Positions 63,740 through 64,000 of a DNA stretch of 64,000 nucleotides are shown here, piece by piece. This stretch comes from the human T2T-CHM13v2.0 reference genome, Homo sapiens: NCBI RefSeq assembly GCF_009914755.1, contig NC_060928.1. One strand, written 5' to 3'. Under the pieces are notes generated by a model. It ran no database searches. It was not told the DNA's origin and saw only the letters and a list, made by a program, of their open reading frames with translations. The position numbers and the translations under genes were made by a program. How positions within the stretch are numbered: the stretch's first letter is position 1; the number at the start of each line of letters is the position of its first letter.

Positions 63740-64000
63740 TTTTTTTATTTTCTTTTTGAGATGGAGTCTCACTCTGTTGCCCAGGCTGGAGTGCAGTGCA
63801 ATGATCTTGGCTTAACTGAAACCTCCGCCTCCCAGGTTCAAGTGATTCTTGTGCCTCAGGCTCCCAAGTTGCTGGGATTACAGGCCCCTGCCACAACACC
63901 TGGCTAATTTTTGTATTTTTAGTAGAGATAGGGTTTCACCATGTTGGCCAGTCTAGTCTCGAACTCCTGACCTCAAGTGATGCACCTGCATTGGCCCCCC
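63740..64000 (-). mobile_element. AluS, cut by the window end
   Basis: Antisense Alu body. Confidence 0.92.

Overview
This is primate (human-like) genomic DNA, dominated by interspersed repeats. The one protein-coding gene is the 5' part of TBC1D19 on the + strand. It has a CpG-island promoter at about 33.0-33.6 kb and coding exons at 33271-33369, 62232-62304 and 63471-63516. These splice to MLQEESDLSL...QAW|ASLQRPE...KISG|WEKKLQNAVYSELSV, and the gene continues past the window. The rest is a decayed near-full-length L1PA7/8-like element (1-~6040, minus), many Alu/L1/MaLR/ERV/hAT fossils and microsatellites. Almost all ORFs in the supplied track are repeat-derived noise. I found no convincing new biological system. 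The best leads are: (i) a ~760-bp non-TE-family insert with TPRT hallmarks at 9675-10460; (ii) a candidate alternative first exon ending ATG AAG|GTATGA at 25869, in phase with exon 2; (iii) an RFX X-box in the promoter; (iv) a five-layer nested TE stack with readable TSDs in intron 1; (v) a close head-to-head AluY pair. Repeat subfamily names come from recalled consensus sequences and need RepeatMasker/Dfam confirmation.
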